From Phycisphaerae bacterium (GTDB taxonomy: Bacteria > Planctomycetota > Phycisphaerae > UBA1845): 64,000 nt of DNA. The stretch is from the NCBI GenBank assembly GCA_963666835.2, contig CAXXGO010000006.1, forward strand, positions 2,496,001 through 2,560,000. Direction: 5' to 3'. Positions 9,067 through 19,656 of this stretch are shown one piece after another. The notes under the pieces are model-generated. The model made no database searches. It saw only the letters and a list, made by a program, of their open reading frames with translations, and had not been told where the DNA came from. The translations under genes and the position numbers were made by a program. Within the stretch, counting starts at the first letter, position 1; each line of letters begins with the position of its first letter.

Positions 9067-10923
9067 ATGAAGATGAAGCGTGTTCAGGCGACGCTGTTCG
9101 TGGCTGTGCTGTTGGCGGTACCGTTGGCGGGCGAGGCCCGGGCCCAGTTTGACTCCCTCCGTAAATTCACCCGGCCGGCGGAGCCGGTGCCGAAGATCGC
9201 CCACTTCGAGATCAAAGGTGCCTTGACGGAGACACCGGCGCGTATTCCCCCGATGTTCGGCGGGGATATTCCCCTGTCCCTGGGTGATCTGGTGAGTCGG
9301 CTCAAGGCGGCCCGTCAAGATGACGAGGTTGTGGCCGTCGTGATCGACTTGCAGAACGCCGCTTTCGGCATGGCCCAGCTCGAGGAAGTTCATAAGGCGA
9401 TCCGGCAGTTCGAAGCGGTGGACAAGGACGTCTATATTCACGCTGACATGTTAACGACACTAACCTACGCGGCCGCGACCAGTGCGGCCCACGTGAGCGT
9501 GGTGCCGACGGGGGATGTGTGGTTGCTCGGGCTGTACGGGGAGGCTCCGTACCTTAAGGGAATGCTCGACAAGATCGGAGTCGTTGCGGACTACGAGCAT
9601 TGCGGCGACTTCAAGACCGCGGCCGAGACCTTGACGCGCACCGACCCTTCCGAGCCGGCCCGGCAGATGTCGAAGTGGTTGTACGACGGGCTGTACTCGT
9701 CGCTGGTTGGTTTGATCGCCGATAGCCGCGGAGTATCGGAGGAGAAAGTCCGCGAGCTGATGGATAACGGGCCGTATTCGGCGGAGGACGCGCTGAGCGC
9801 CGGGTTGATCGACTCGGTCAAGCACCGCCAGGACTTCGTTGCGGATATCAAGGCCCGCTACGGTAAGTCCGTCGAGTTCGTGAGAGACTACGGCGAAGAT
9901 GATGCGATGGATATGCCGGAGGACAACTTCTTCGCCCTGGTCGAGTTCATGATGAAGATGATCAACCCGACTCCGCAAGAGTACACGGAGCCGACTATCG
10001 GTGTCGTGTTCGTCGAGGGTGCGATCATGACCGGTGAGGCCGAGGCTAGCCCGTTCGGGCCGTCGGCGGGGGCGTTCAGCACGACGATTCGCCGGGCGCT
10101 GGACAAGGCCGCGAGCGAGCCGGCGGTCAAGGCGGTTGTTTTGCGTGTGGATTCCCCAGGAGGCTCGGCGCTGGCGTCGGAGATCATCCTGGACGCGGCG
10201 AACCGGGTCGGTGCAGAGAAGCCGGTGATTGTATCGATGGGTAACGTCGCCGCGAGTGGCGGCTACTACGTCTCGTGTAACGCGGATACCATCTTCGCCG
10301 ACAGCGCGACTATTACCGCTTCGATCGGGGTCGTGGGCGGTAAGCTGGTCACGACGGGGATGTGGGACAAGTTGGGGATTAACTGGCACTCCAACCAGCG
10401 CGGGCGCATGGCCGGGATAATGAGCAGCGCCGGGTCCTTCAATGATCAGGAACGCGCGAAGATCAGGCAATACATGGAGCATGTATACGGGATCTTCAAA
10501 GAGCACGTTGTCAAGGGACGCGGCGAGAAGCTCAGCAAGCCGATTGACGAGATGGCCGGGGGGCGGGTGTTCACCGGCGCCCAGGCTCTGGAGCTGGGGC
10601 TGGTCGACAAGATCGGCGGACTAGACGACGCCATCAAGTTCGCCGCCCAGCGCGCCGGACTGGCGGATTACGACGTTCGGACGATTCCGGAGCCGCCGAC
10701 TTTCTTCGAGATGCTGACCGGCGAATCGGGCGACGACGAGTTTCTCAGCACTTCGACGGGATTAGGACTGGTTGAGCTTCCGCTCTTCAAGGCGACCTTG
10801 CCGACGTTGGCGAAGGTGGACCCGCTACGGGTCCGGGCGATCGTGCGGGCGCTACGCGGGATCGAGCTGATCCACCGCGAGGGGGTTGCCACGCTGATGC
10901 CGGTGGAGTTCGTGATTCGCTGA
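9067..10923 (+). CDS. sppA: Signal peptide peptidase SppA (S49, long two-domain form)
   Basis: Signal peptide; GDFKTA (Lys), LRVDSPGGSALAS, SMGNVAASGGYY (Ser), SIGV, GRVFTGAQA. Confidence 0.93.
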   Translation: MKMKRVQATLFVAVLLAVPLAGEARAQFDSLRKFTRPAEPVPKIAHFEIKGALTETPARIPPMFGGDIPLSLGDLVSRLKAARQDDEVVAVVIDLQNAAFGMAQLEEVHKAIRQFEAVDKDVYIHADMLTTLTYAAATSAAHVSVVPTGDVWLLGLYGEAPYLKGMLDKIGVVADYEHCGDFKTAAETLTRTDPSEPARQMSKWLYDGLYSSLVGLIADSRGVSEEKVRELMDNGPYSAEDALSAGLIDSVKHRQDFVADIKARYGKSVEFVRDYGEDDAMDMPEDNFFALVEFMMKMINPTPQEYTEPTIGVVFVEGAIMTGEAEASPFGPSAGAFSTTIRRALDKAASEPAVKAVVLRVDSPGGSALASEIILDAANRVGAEKPVIVSMGNVAASGGYYVSCNADTIFADSATITASIGVVGGKLVTTGMWDKLGINWHSNQRGRMAGIMSSAGSFNDQERAKIRQYMEHVYGIFKEHVVKGRGEKLSKPIDEMAGGRVFTGAQALELGLVDKIGGLDDAIKFAAQRAGLADYDVRTIPEPPTFFEMLTGESGDDEFLSTSTGLGLVELPLFKATLPTLAKVDPLRVRAIVRALRGIELIHREGVATLMPVEFVIR

Positions 10924-10963
10924 TCGCGCCGACAGGGGCGATAACCGAGACGAGGCAGGACAT

Positions 10964-11000
10964 CGAGGCGGCGTCAGCAGATTTGGCCGGCGCCGCCTCG
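10964..11000. terminator. GC-rich hairpin between convergent genes
   Basis: CGAGGCGGCG...CGCCGCCTCG; no clear U tract. Confidence 0.4.
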
Positions 11001-11050
11001 TCGCGCCTAATCACGGGCTCTTGCATGCGTCGTAGCGAGCCGCGGTCAGG

Positions 11051-11722
11051 TCACGGTTGCGAGCCCGGATTCGAGCTGCGTGGGGCTACGCCATCGACTT
11101 CGATGCCGCCGAGTTTGAACTCCAGCAGACTCTGCATACGCAACATAAGCTTGACGCCCACCTTGCTGTTGACGAATTTGGCAGAAAACACCATCGCCAA
11201 CGGATCGTCGGGAACCTGGATCGGGGGGTTGGCCTGATCGACCGTGAACTCCACGAATGCCCCGTGGGTTTCCCGGATATCCTCGAGCCAAGCTATTAGA
11301 GCCTCGTCTGTGACCCGATCGTTGAATTCGCTGGTGAAAGCGCCACGCAGGTGCTTAGCGGCTTCGGAGTAATCTGGGGTTTCAAAGGCCAGTGATGCCC
11401 CTTTACTTGCATCCCTGTAGCCGGCGCCGATCAAGGCGACGTAGAGGATGAGGATCGAGAGGACGCCCATAACGACGGAGATCGGGATGGCGGCGATGGC
11501 CAGCCCCCGGCCTCGTCGCCGGCCGTCCTTGGTTTTGACGATACCCACGATTCCGAAGATCAGACCCAGCACGGCGGCCACACCCGTACAGCCAAGGAAC
11601 GAGAGCACGAATCCGGTAACCGCAGCGGCGCTCATCCGCGGCGGTCCTTGGGGCTCCATGCCGCCGAAGGCGTTCGGGTCACCTGGGTCGAAGGTCGGGG
11701 GCACCGGGGGGGGCTGGGTCAT
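11051..11722 (-). CDS. DUF4190-like membrane protein
   Basis: Pro-rich N-terminus, then MSAAAVTGFVLS...GLIFGIVG...RGRGLAIAAI two-TM motif. Confidence 0.75.
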   Translation of the reverse strand: MTQPPPVPPTFDPGDPNAFGGMEPQGPPRMSAAAVTGFVLSFLGCTGVAAVLGLIFGIVGIVKTKDGRRRGRGLAIAAIPISVVMGVLSILILYVALIGAGYRDASKGASLAFETPDYSEAAKHLRGAFTSEFNDRVTDEALIAWLEDIRETHGAFVEFTVDQANPPIQVPDDPLAMVFSAKFVNSKVGVKLMLRMQSLLEFKLGGIEVDGVAPRSSNPGSQP

Positions 11723-12300
11723 CGTTTTGGACTCCTGCGAGGGCTTCCGCGGTCCGTCGGCCCTCTGTTTACGGGCGGTTTTCGATCTGGGACGGATGTC
11801 TCACGGGTGCCGCCAAGTCCCACTTTTCACAGACGCCCACGAATTCGGCAGGGAGCCGTGCGAGGGCCTTCGTAGCGGGTGGAATATAGCACGTCGGTGG
11901 ATGCGGTCAAACCACGACCGGTTCCGGGGAATCTGTCGGACAGGTCTCGACGGTTCGCGAACCGTCGTTTGCTACCGAGGGTTGGTCGCGGTCGGAGCGG
12001 AACGGGCGTGGGGAAGGCCCGCCGATCTGCCCGGGGCGCAGATGCGGGGATCGTTCGGCTTGACGGGACATCCGGGCGGACTTTATCATTACCGACCGGC
12101 TTGGGGTGAAGGTCTGCCGATGGCCCGCCTTGTTGGGGAGTGTACGTGCCGTCGGCGGGAGTGGGCTTGCGGCCTGCGGGGCAAGCGATCCTTGGCCGGG
12201 TTGGCGTGAGATTATTCACCACAGATGCCCGAAGTGGTGCCGGTGCTGCCGTGGACAGTGCGAGCCGGGCTGCCGGGATTTGCTTTACGGAGTTTGGCCT

Positions 12301-15300
12301 ATGAATGGTGTCGTCAGGTTTAGAGGCTGCCTGGGGTTCGTGCTGGTGTTGAGTGGGCTGGCGGGCCTGATCGCTGCAATCGTGTCCTGCTCCACGGCGC
12401 CGACGGCGTTCCTGGTGCAGGGGGCCGGCGGGAGCACCGGCAGTGATCCACCGACCCTGACAATCTCGGTACCGAGTGCCAACACTACTGTGGATCAGGG
12501 CGGGAATCTCCTCGTGCGGTGGACGGACAACGATCGAGATTCCAACGCGATGATCAGCTTCATGCTGATCAATACGGTGACGAACGACACGGTGGTACTC
12601 GTGCAGAATGTGTCGGAGGATGATTCGGTCGGGCCGGACCGGTTTACGATCGACACCTCGCTGATTCCGCAGGGTACGTATAACTTGTTGGGTGTAATCG
12701 ATGACGGTTTGAACACGCCCTACGAGACTTATGCCATGAACTCGGAGGGCGAAACCACGGCCGAAAGGACCCAGCGGGCGGTGATTACGATTGTGCCGCC
12801 GGGGCAGGGTCCGCCGACGGTTCCTCCCATTGTTACCGTTGTTGAGCCGGCGTTCAATCTCAGCGTCTCTCAGGATGACGTGCTCCATATAGTCGTTCAG
12901 CCGAGCGACATTGCGCCGCCCGATGAGGATGATGATGGTGGTGACGAGACGCCGCCGTTCGATCCCGACAGTGACGCAACTCTCTATATCGTGTTGGATA
13001 TGGACACCGATCCCAACAACGATGACCCGGCCAACCCGGATCCGGATTCGATCATAACGCTTCGTACGGATCCGATTCAGGCGGGCGAGTTCCAGGAGAG
13101 GACCTACGACATCGAGGTTGATTTGCAGGACATTCCGCCGCGCGACGACGGTGAGCCCTACTACATCAGAGCATCTATCGATGATGCGACGAACCCGCGG
13201 GTGCATCAGTATGCGGTCGGCACAATCAGTGTTACGCAGTTGGCGGCCGGAACGGTGGATCTGTTTGACGTCGGCCGGACGATTTCGGGGGCGACGTTCT
13301 ACGGGTTCAGCCCGGGCGCTAATCTCGGGTCCACAATCTCGCACGTCGGGGACTTCGACGCCGATGGGGTGGATGATTTCGTGATGGTGGCACAGTACGG
13401 CAATCCGCGCAACTACGGCCGGATCGGCGAGGCGTATCTGCTCTACGGTCACGACCAGACCAGGTTCGGTGGGTCTTTGGCGGTGAACACGGTCAGCGAA
13501 GCCGTTGACGGAGTGATCTTTGAGGCGCCGCCGGTTCGTTCGACAGCAGTGACGGACTCGGATCCGCGAACGGACGGCATATCCGATGTGAGTTTCATTC
13601 AGGATCTCACGGGTGACGGTCGTCCGGAGCTTCTTTTTGGGCTACGGCATGTACACGGTGCGTTGGACTCGATGGACTACGACCCGGGTGACACGGACAT
13701 GGACGACGCGGATACGACGGTCCAGGTAGAAGTGCTCATTCGGCAGGGCCTGACCCGTGTTACTGCGGGCGACGAGATCGAAGACGAAGATTCGCAGTAC
13801 TTCGGTGTAGACGACGTTACGATCAGCAGCGCGAACCCGAGTGCGTTCGCGGGATCGGACTCCGACCTTACGTGGGAGAACTCCGGCGCGTCGCAGCGCG
13901 AGTGGACGTTGCTGAAGTTCAAGGATGTCCTCTCCGTGATACCGGATGAGTCCGAAACGATCGACATCGCGTCGGTTCGGGCAACGATCAGTTTCCGCGT
14001 CTTTGGAACGGGAGACGACGGCACGGTCTATCAGTGTGTGACGGATTTTGATGAGAGAACCACATACTCGACCTTTGCCGCCGGCGGCGGGGCGCCGCAA
14101 GGCGGCCTGCTTGGTTCGGCGGGTATCGATTATGTTACGGAAGAGGATGGGGAAGGCGGCGAATTGGGTTCGGTTGCCGGAGATTCGGTTGACACCGTTG
14201 ATGTGGATGTGTCGGACCTGGTTACGAGTCTGATTGACGGCACTCTGGTGGATTACGATAACGAGTTGCGTTTCATTATAGTCGCCGGAAACGATGCCGA
14301 GGAGCGTACGTCGGTGCGGTCCAGTGAGTATACCATAGAGGGTGATCGCCCGACGCTGACCATCGAATACACTCGCCAGGACTTCCTGGCGGAGTGGTCG
14401 TGCTATCCGGACGACCTGGTCAACAACTCGTCCGACGAACCGGACGACCTGTATGACGACATTTACTGGTACGCCGGCGGAATGGCGCTGGTCGTCAACA
14501 GCACCAATCGCGACAACAACGGGCTGATCAACCCGGATCGTCTCGACTCCGCAGTCCTCACTCTCGAGCTGGTGGGTCAGAAGGCCGAGCTCGTCCTAGA
14601 TGCCGACGATGTGGAGGCGGAGGGGGGCTTGATCTTCGCCCGCGTGGATAATTCCGGAGCGGCCGAGACCGGCGAAGATGCGGATACCGCTGATCGCGTC
14701 TCCGGTGCCAGAATCGTGGCCGGCCCGTACGACGACGTCGATTCGCGCCTGCTGCGGCAGGGGCCGCGCGAGGGTCTGTTCGGAGACTGCGTGTCGTCGC
14801 TGGGCGACCTGAACCATGACGGCGTTGACGAGATCATGATCTCCGCACCGGCGAATGAACGTTATATGGATGATCTGTTCACCTTCTACGGGTATCAGGG
14901 TACCCAACGGGCTTCGTCGGTGTATCGCGGCAGTATCGTGGTGCTTCCCGGGATCAACTACAATGACAATGAGTGGCGGGACCAGACTGATGATGCCAAT
15001 GGTACCGCGGGTTTGCCCTTCCTGGACCATCACATTGATGAGCCGTACGGTCGTTGCGGAAGTAACCCGGAGCCGCGTCATCAATGGGGGCCGGCGGACT
15101 CGTTTCAGGTCTTCGCCGAAGATATCGACGATATGTTGGGCGGGGCTCGGTCTGCAGGTGACTTCAATCAGGACGGGCTCGACGACATTCTCTGCGGCGC
15201 GCCGCTGAACGATCGTACGTCATATACGCAGGATACCGGGGCGGCCTATGTGTTGTACGGGCGGAACGTTATGGGTAACTTCTACCTGTCAAGGGCGGAT

Positions 15301-16251
15301 GACTCATCGCTCCGACCGCCGATGCTGCGGATTCGCGGAGTGACCCCCGGCGATGAGGTCGGTACGGTTCAGGCCGCCGGTATGGACGTGAACGGAGATC
15401 GGGTCGACGACATTTTTATTGCCTCGCCGAAGGTTGACTTCGGGGGGGTGACGAAAACGACATGTGCCGGAGACTACAACGGCGATGGGGTCGTTGATAC
15501 GACGGACCTTGACCGTTACGCGTTTTCCTCGTGCCAGAGCGCTCACGAGGATGGGGTGTTCACTGACGATGCCTGCAAGGTCTACGACTACGATAACAGC
15601 GGCCTGATCGACGATGACGACGAGAATGTCTTCCGTTGCCTCGCGGACGGTGGAACGGACTGTTGTGAGTATGTCGCCGACAACGGGTATGTGGCCGTGG
15701 TCTTCGGCGGTGTCTTCATCGACGGTGATCGCACGATCGATCAGGTTGCCACGGACGATCTGCCGGGCGCCGTCTTTTATGGGGCGGCTGCCGGGCACCG
15801 GGCCGGCACGGATGTCGACTCGGCCGGCGACTTCAACCAGGACGGGTTCGGGGATATCCTCATAACGGTTCCGGGGGAGACGCGGCTGGACGTATCCGGG
15901 CGAGAGCGGCTCGGGGTGGCGTATCTGATTTTTGGCGGTACGCATTTGTACAACACCACGTGGAGTCTATCGCAGGTCGGCTCTTCCGAGCTCCCCGGAG
16001 TTGTGTTCCTGAGCCCGTATGTGAAGGGGCGTCCGAACGAGGCTCCGATGACGTCGGTGGCGAATATCGGCGATATCAACAACGACGGGTTCGGTGATAT
16101 TGCGGTGGGAAACCCCACGGCGGACTTCATGGATCAGACGTTCCCGCAAGGCCCGGACGCGACCGATGCCGCGCTCGGGCGGCGCAGCGATGCGGGAGAT
16201 GTCTACATCATCTACGGCAACAACTACGGCAGCAACCGGGCGATGCCGTAG
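12301..16251 (+). CDS. Large secreted FG-GAP (integrin-alpha beta-propeller-like) repeat protein, possibly a lipoprotein
   Basis: Repeated GDFDADGVDD, GDLNHDGVDE, GDFNQDGLDD..GAP and GDINNDGFGD motifs with GxAYLxYG. Hydrophobic leader ending IVSC after ATG 12301. Dockerin-like insert GDYNGDGVVD...DYDNSGLID. Confidence 0.85.
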   Translation: MNGVVRFRGCLGFVLVLSGLAGLIAAIVSCSTAPTAFLVQGAGGSTGSDPPTLTISVPSANTTVDQGGNLLVRWTDNDRDSNAMISFMLINTVTNDTVVLVQNVSEDDSVGPDRFTIDTSLIPQGTYNLLGVIDDGLNTPYETYAMNSEGETTAERTQRAVITIVPPGQGPPTVPPIVTVVEPAFNLSVSQDDVLHIVVQPSDIAPPDEDDDGGDETPPFDPDSDATLYIVLDMDTDPNNDDPANPDPDSIITLRTDPIQAGEFQERTYDIEVDLQDIPPRDDGEPYYIRASIDDATNPRVHQYAVGTISVTQLAAGTVDLFDVGRTISGATFYGFSPGANLGSTISHVGDFDADGVDDFVMVAQYGNPRNYGRIGEAYLLYGHDQTRFGGSLAVNTVSEAVDGVIFEAPPVRSTAVTDSDPRTDGISDVSFIQDLTGDGRPELLFGLRHVHGALDSMDYDPGDTDMDDADTTVQVEVLIRQGLTRVTAGDEIEDEDSQYFGVDDVTISSANPSAFAGSDSDLTWENSGASQREWTLLKFKDVLSVIPDESETIDIASVRATISFRVFGTGDDGTVYQCVTDFDERTTYSTFAAGGGAPQGGLLGSAGIDYVTEEDGEGGELGSVAGDSVDTVDVDVSDLVTSLIDGTLVDYDNELRFIIVAGNDAEERTSVRSSEYTIEGDRPTLTIEYTRQDFLAEWSCYPDDLVNNSSDEPDDLYDDIYWYAGGMALVVNSTNRDNNGLINPDRLDSAVLTLELVGQKAELVLDADDVEAEGGLIFARVDNSGAAETGEDADTADRVSGARIVAGPYDDVDSRLLRQGPREGLFGDCVSSLGDLNHDGVDEIMISAPANERYMDDLFTFYGYQGTQRASSVYRGSIVVLPGINYNDNEWRDQTDDANGTAGLPFLDHHIDEPYGRCGSNPEPRHQWGPADSFQVFAEDIDDMLGGARSAGDFNQDGLDDILCGAPLNDRTSYTQDTGAAYVLYGRNVMGNFYLSRADDSSLRPPMLRIRGVTPGDEVGTVQAAGMDVNGDRVDDIFIASPKVDFGGVTKTTCAGDYNGDGVVDTTDLDRYAFSSCQSAHEDGVFTDDACKVYDYDNSGLIDDDDENVFRCLADGGTDCCEYVADNGYVAVVFGGVFIDGDRTIDQVATDDLPGAVFYGAAAGHRAGTDVDSAGDFNQDGFGDILITVPGETRLDVSGRERLGVAYLIFGGTHLYNTTWSLSQVGSSELPGVVFLSPYVKGRPNEAPMTSVANIGDINNDGFGDIAVGNPTADFMDQTFPQGPDATDAALGRRSDAGDVYIIYGNNYGSNRAMP

Positions 16252-16282
16252 CCTGAGAGGGATCGGCGAATACGGGTTGCGA

Positions 16283-16336
16283 CGCCCCTTGTTGGCGGTG
16301 AGACGCTTGTTGCGGGTCTAACGCCAACAAGGGGCG
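16283..16336. terminator. Long hairpin (15-bp perfect inverted repeat) after the FG-GAP gene
   Basis: CGCCCCTTGTTGGCG (16283-16297) and CGCCAACAAGGGGCG (16322-16336). Confidence 0.55.
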
Positions 16337-16412
16337 CCGTATTTAACGTAATGCGCTCCGTCCAGCTTAACGGAAGCGCAGACGAGGCCCTCTCTTTGGA
16401 TTTATCGCTGAA

Positions 16413-16441
16413 CTGACAAACGAGGCGGGGCGTAGTATGCT
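16413..16441 (+). promoter_or_regulatory. sigma70-like promoter of P-type ATPase
   Basis: CTGACA-N17-TATGCT. Confidence 0.35.
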
Positions 16442-16570
16442 CAACGAGGTACCCGCGTCCCGACCGGCACGGGCGAGGCTGCGCGGTTATCGGAGTATCC
16501 TGACGCTGGCGATCGGCCCTGCGGGAGTGCGCGGGCGGTCGAGAGCATTGTGAAAGAGGATTGTCGCTCG

Positions 16571-18565
16571 ATGGCACACGATCATTTCAAGGACGTCCAA
16601 GCCGAGACTATTCGCGCCAGCGGTTTGTTGATCGGCACCATGATGGGCGGAATGTTGGTGGTGGCGTCTTTTGTGGTGGACTTCCCGATCGTCGCCAACA
16701 CGCTTTTCCAGTTTGATCCGACCGTTAACGGACGCATGCCGTACTCCGATGTGTTGGCACTTCTCGGCGCGATCATGCTCGGCGGGCCGCTGGTGTGGCA
16801 CGCGATCAAGTCGCTTCTGCAGTCGCATGCGCATATTGATGAGTTGGTGGCGCTGGCGATTGTGGCGGCCGTAGCCTTGGGCGAGTACCAGGAGGCGGGG
16901 ATCATTGCCTTCTTCATGGTGCTGTCCAACCTTATCGAGACTCGGACTGCCCTGGGGGCGCGGGCGTCGATTGAATCCTTATTGCGGTTGACCCCTGACC
17001 AGGCGCATCGGATCCTTCCGGACGGTTCGGAGGAGGAGGTCAATGCGCATGATTTGAAGCCGGGCGATGTGATCCGGGTGCGCCCGGGCGACAACATCGC
17101 CGCGGACGGGGAGGTGGCGGCGGGACAGTCGACCGTCAACCAGGCGACGATTACCGGAGAGTCGATTCCGGTCGACAAGGAAGCCGGCGATGAAGTGTTC
17201 GGCGGAACGAGCAATCTGACCGGGGCACTGGAGGTGCGGGTAACCAAAGCGGGCAAAGATGCCACGCTCGGCAGGGTGCAGGAACTGATCCTCGACGCGG
17301 AGCGAACGCGCAGCCCGATGATGCGACTGATCGACAAATACGCGGCGTGGTATACGCCGACGGTGTGCATGTTGGCGGCGATTGTGTGGTTCTTTTCCGA
17401 GGACAAGGAAGTCGGCGTGAAGAAGGCGATTACTATGATGATTATCGCCTGCCCATGTTCGTTGATCCTCGCTACGCCGACTGCGATGGTGGCGGCACTG
17501 AGCTGCGCAGCCCGTTTTGGTGTTCTGATCAAGAGCGTGATCCAGCTTGAGTTCGCCAGGACTCTTACCGCCGTAGTGTTCGACAAGACCGGTACGTTGA
17601 CTACCGGAAAGCTGTCGGTGACGCAGATGAAGCCTGCTCCGGGCGTGGACGGGGCGGACTTGCTCTTCGCGGCCGCTTCCGCAGAGCATTTGAGTAAGCA
17701 CCCGGCGGCCATTGCGTTGGTCGAGATCGCCAAGCGGGCCAAGATAGAAATCGCCCCCGCCGACGATTTTGAAGAAACCGCCGGCCGCGGGGTCAGCGCC
17801 CGAATCGAGGGGAGCGTCGTTTTAGTGGGGCGAAGCACCTGGCTGGCGGATCGTGGGGTCGATATGTCGTTGACTAAGGACCCCGAGTTCGCCGAACCCG
17901 AGGGGGTCAGCATGTTGTACGCGGCCCGCGATGGGAAGTGTCTCGGCTGGCTGGGGTTGGAAGACCGCACGCGCGGCGAGGCCCGCGCGGCGATCGATGA
18001 GCTTCGGAAGTTCAAGATCCGCAACCTGTCGATGGTGACGGGTGACAAATGGTCGGTTGCCCGGCGCGTCGGAGCGGAGATGGGCTGTACGGAGGTGCAA
18101 GCAGAGGTCCTTCCGGAGGACAAGCTCCGTCTGGTTGATGATCTGCGGAAGCGAGGACACCGGGTTGCCGTGGTGGGGGACGGCGTAAACGACGCCCCGA
18201 TGCTCGCGGCCAGCGACCTGGGTATCGCGATGGGGGCCGCCGGGAGCGATGTGGCAATCAACTCGGCGGACATTGCGCTGATGACCAACGACTTGAGCCG
18301 GCTGCCGTTCTTGGTTCGGCTATCGCAAGCCACGATGCGCGTGGTGTGGCAGAACATAGTCTTCGGGGTGCTGTTTATCGTCGGAATGATGACCCTGGCC
18401 ATCTGGGGACCGCTCACGCCGATCATTGCTGCGGTGGCCCACACCGGGGCGGCGCTGTTCGTCGCGTTTAACAGTGCCCGGTTATTCCGGTTCGGCGAGG
18501 ATCATGAGTCGGCCCTGGATGACTACGCGATGGCACTGCCGTCGCGCCCGGTTCAGGCAGGTTGA
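16571..18565 (+). CDS. Heavy-metal-translocating P1B-type ATPase
   Basis: TGES, IACPC, DKTGTLT, KHP and GDGVND motifs; AGAGGA SD before ATG 16571; no N-terminal HMA domain. Confidence 0.95.
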   Translation: MAHDHFKDVQAETIRASGLLIGTMMGGMLVVASFVVDFPIVANTLFQFDPTVNGRMPYSDVLALLGAIMLGGPLVWHAIKSLLQSHAHIDELVALAIVAAVALGEYQEAGIIAFFMVLSNLIETRTALGARASIESLLRLTPDQAHRILPDGSEEEVNAHDLKPGDVIRVRPGDNIAADGEVAAGQSTVNQATITGESIPVDKEAGDEVFGGTSNLTGALEVRVTKAGKDATLGRVQELILDAERTRSPMMRLIDKYAAWYTPTVCMLAAIVWFFSEDKEVGVKKAITMMIIACPCSLILATPTAMVAALSCAARFGVLIKSVIQLEFARTLTAVVFDKTGTLTTGKLSVTQMKPAPGVDGADLLFAAASAEHLSKHPAAIALVEIAKRAKIEIAPADDFEETAGRGVSARIEGSVVLVGRSTWLADRGVDMSLTKDPEFAEPEGVSMLYAARDGKCLGWLGLEDRTRGEARAAIDELRKFKIRNLSMVTGDKWSVARRVGAEMGCTEVQAEVLPEDKLRLVDDLRKRGHRVAVVGDGVNDAPMLAASDLGIAMGAAGSDVAINSADIALMTNDLSRLPFLVRLSQATMRVVWQNIVFGVLFIVGMMTLAIWGPLTPIIAAVAHTGAALFVAFNSARLFRFGEDHESALDDYAMALPSRPVQAG

Positions 18566-18613
18566 TTTTAGCGGCATTCTGGACGGCTGAAGAGCGAGGT
18601 GCGTCGTTGTTGC

Positions 18614-19363
18614 CTACGATGGCTCGCGCAGGATGTGGACCAGCCCGATGCCTCCGCGTATTACCAGGCTGATCATCAAGAGCAGCAGTAACGTTGCTAC
18701 GGTCAGGTTAAGAACAGCCCAGCCGTTCTGCACCCGCGGATCAGCGACATCGAACAGGGAACTGATCGTGGCGGCTGCGATGCCGAGGATGATTATTGCG
18801 ACCAGCGACCCGCGGAGGTTCCCCGGGAACGGCGCGATCCGAACAGTCAGACATACCAGCAGATAAACGAATAGCCCCGCCTTCCAGTCGGTGAATCCTG
18901 CGGTTGCCAATGCCGAAGCGATCGACTCGACCAGCGAGACTTGATCGCGCAGAAGCTGCCAGAAGCCCGGCCACGTGGTCGGCAGGGAGGGCCCCACGAC
19001 CCGCGTATCCAACGCGGCCAGGATCGGCTGACCGAGTTGCCCGGCGACGAGGTATATTGCGACGGCACAGGCCAGGAGGGGGAGCAGGCCAATCACCACG
19101 GGTCCGACCACGGGTATTCGTGGTCGCGGGTCCGGGGTAGTCTCCGGGTCGCCGGATTCGTCGTCCTTGAATAGGGTGGTGTTGGTCACGGTAGCCCCGG
19201 TTACGAGCAGGCCGAGGACGTGGCCTACCTGAGCCACCAGCGTTCCGGGAAGCAGGATGGCGTTGAAGATCTTCGGCTTGACCATGCTGGCCCAGAGATT
19301 ATGCACGCCCCAGGCAGTCAATACGATCAGCAGCAGCCAGAAGGTCAGCGCAAGGTAGAGCAC
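18614..19363 (-). CDS. Polytopic membrane protein resembling a degenerate M50 metallopeptidase
   Basis: Multiple TMs; LPGTLVAQVGHVLGLLVTGA matches the M50-like PGTxxHExxH context but lacks HE. Confidence 0.6.
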   Translation of the reverse strand: MLYLALTFWLLLIVLTAWGVHNLWASMVKPKIFNAILLPGTLVAQVGHVLGLLVTGATVTNTTLFKDDESGDPETTPDPRPRIPVVGPVVIGLLPLLACAVAIYLVAGQLGQPILAALDTRVVGPSLPTTWPGFWQLLRDQVSLVESIASALATAGFTDWKAGLFVYLLVCLTVRIAPFPGNLRGSLVAIIILGIAAATISSLFDVADPRVQNGWAVLNLTVATLLLLLMISLVIRGGIGLVHILREPS

Positions 19364-19656
19364 GTCTCACCGTCCTTTGGTTTGCCCAACCCACCCATCG
19401 ATTCGCCCTCCTCTGCCGCGGCGCGCACACTCCAAATGCGCTTCCGAGATCATACCTTTCGACTATCGGCGCGGCGGTGGTTCTGTCGTCATTAAAACTG
19501 TGCTGAAGCGGTCGCGGCGACCGGAGCTTATGTGAAGGGAGCGAGGACGCCGCGGATCTGGGTTTCTTCTTGGAGCCGCAGGTTCTCCAAGGTAGCATGG
19601 CTTGTCGGAATCGGGGTCGGGACGATTACTCGCTGAGTTGCTTGGAGGTGGATGGA

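Noticed and set aside
11827..13452. 541-aa minus-strand ORF
   Set aside because: Overlaps the FG-GAP gene antisense; Arg-rich with no domain signal.
16582..18444. 620-aa antisense ORF over the P-type ATPase
   Set aside because: Shadow ORF from high-GC codon bias; the sense gene has all family motifs.
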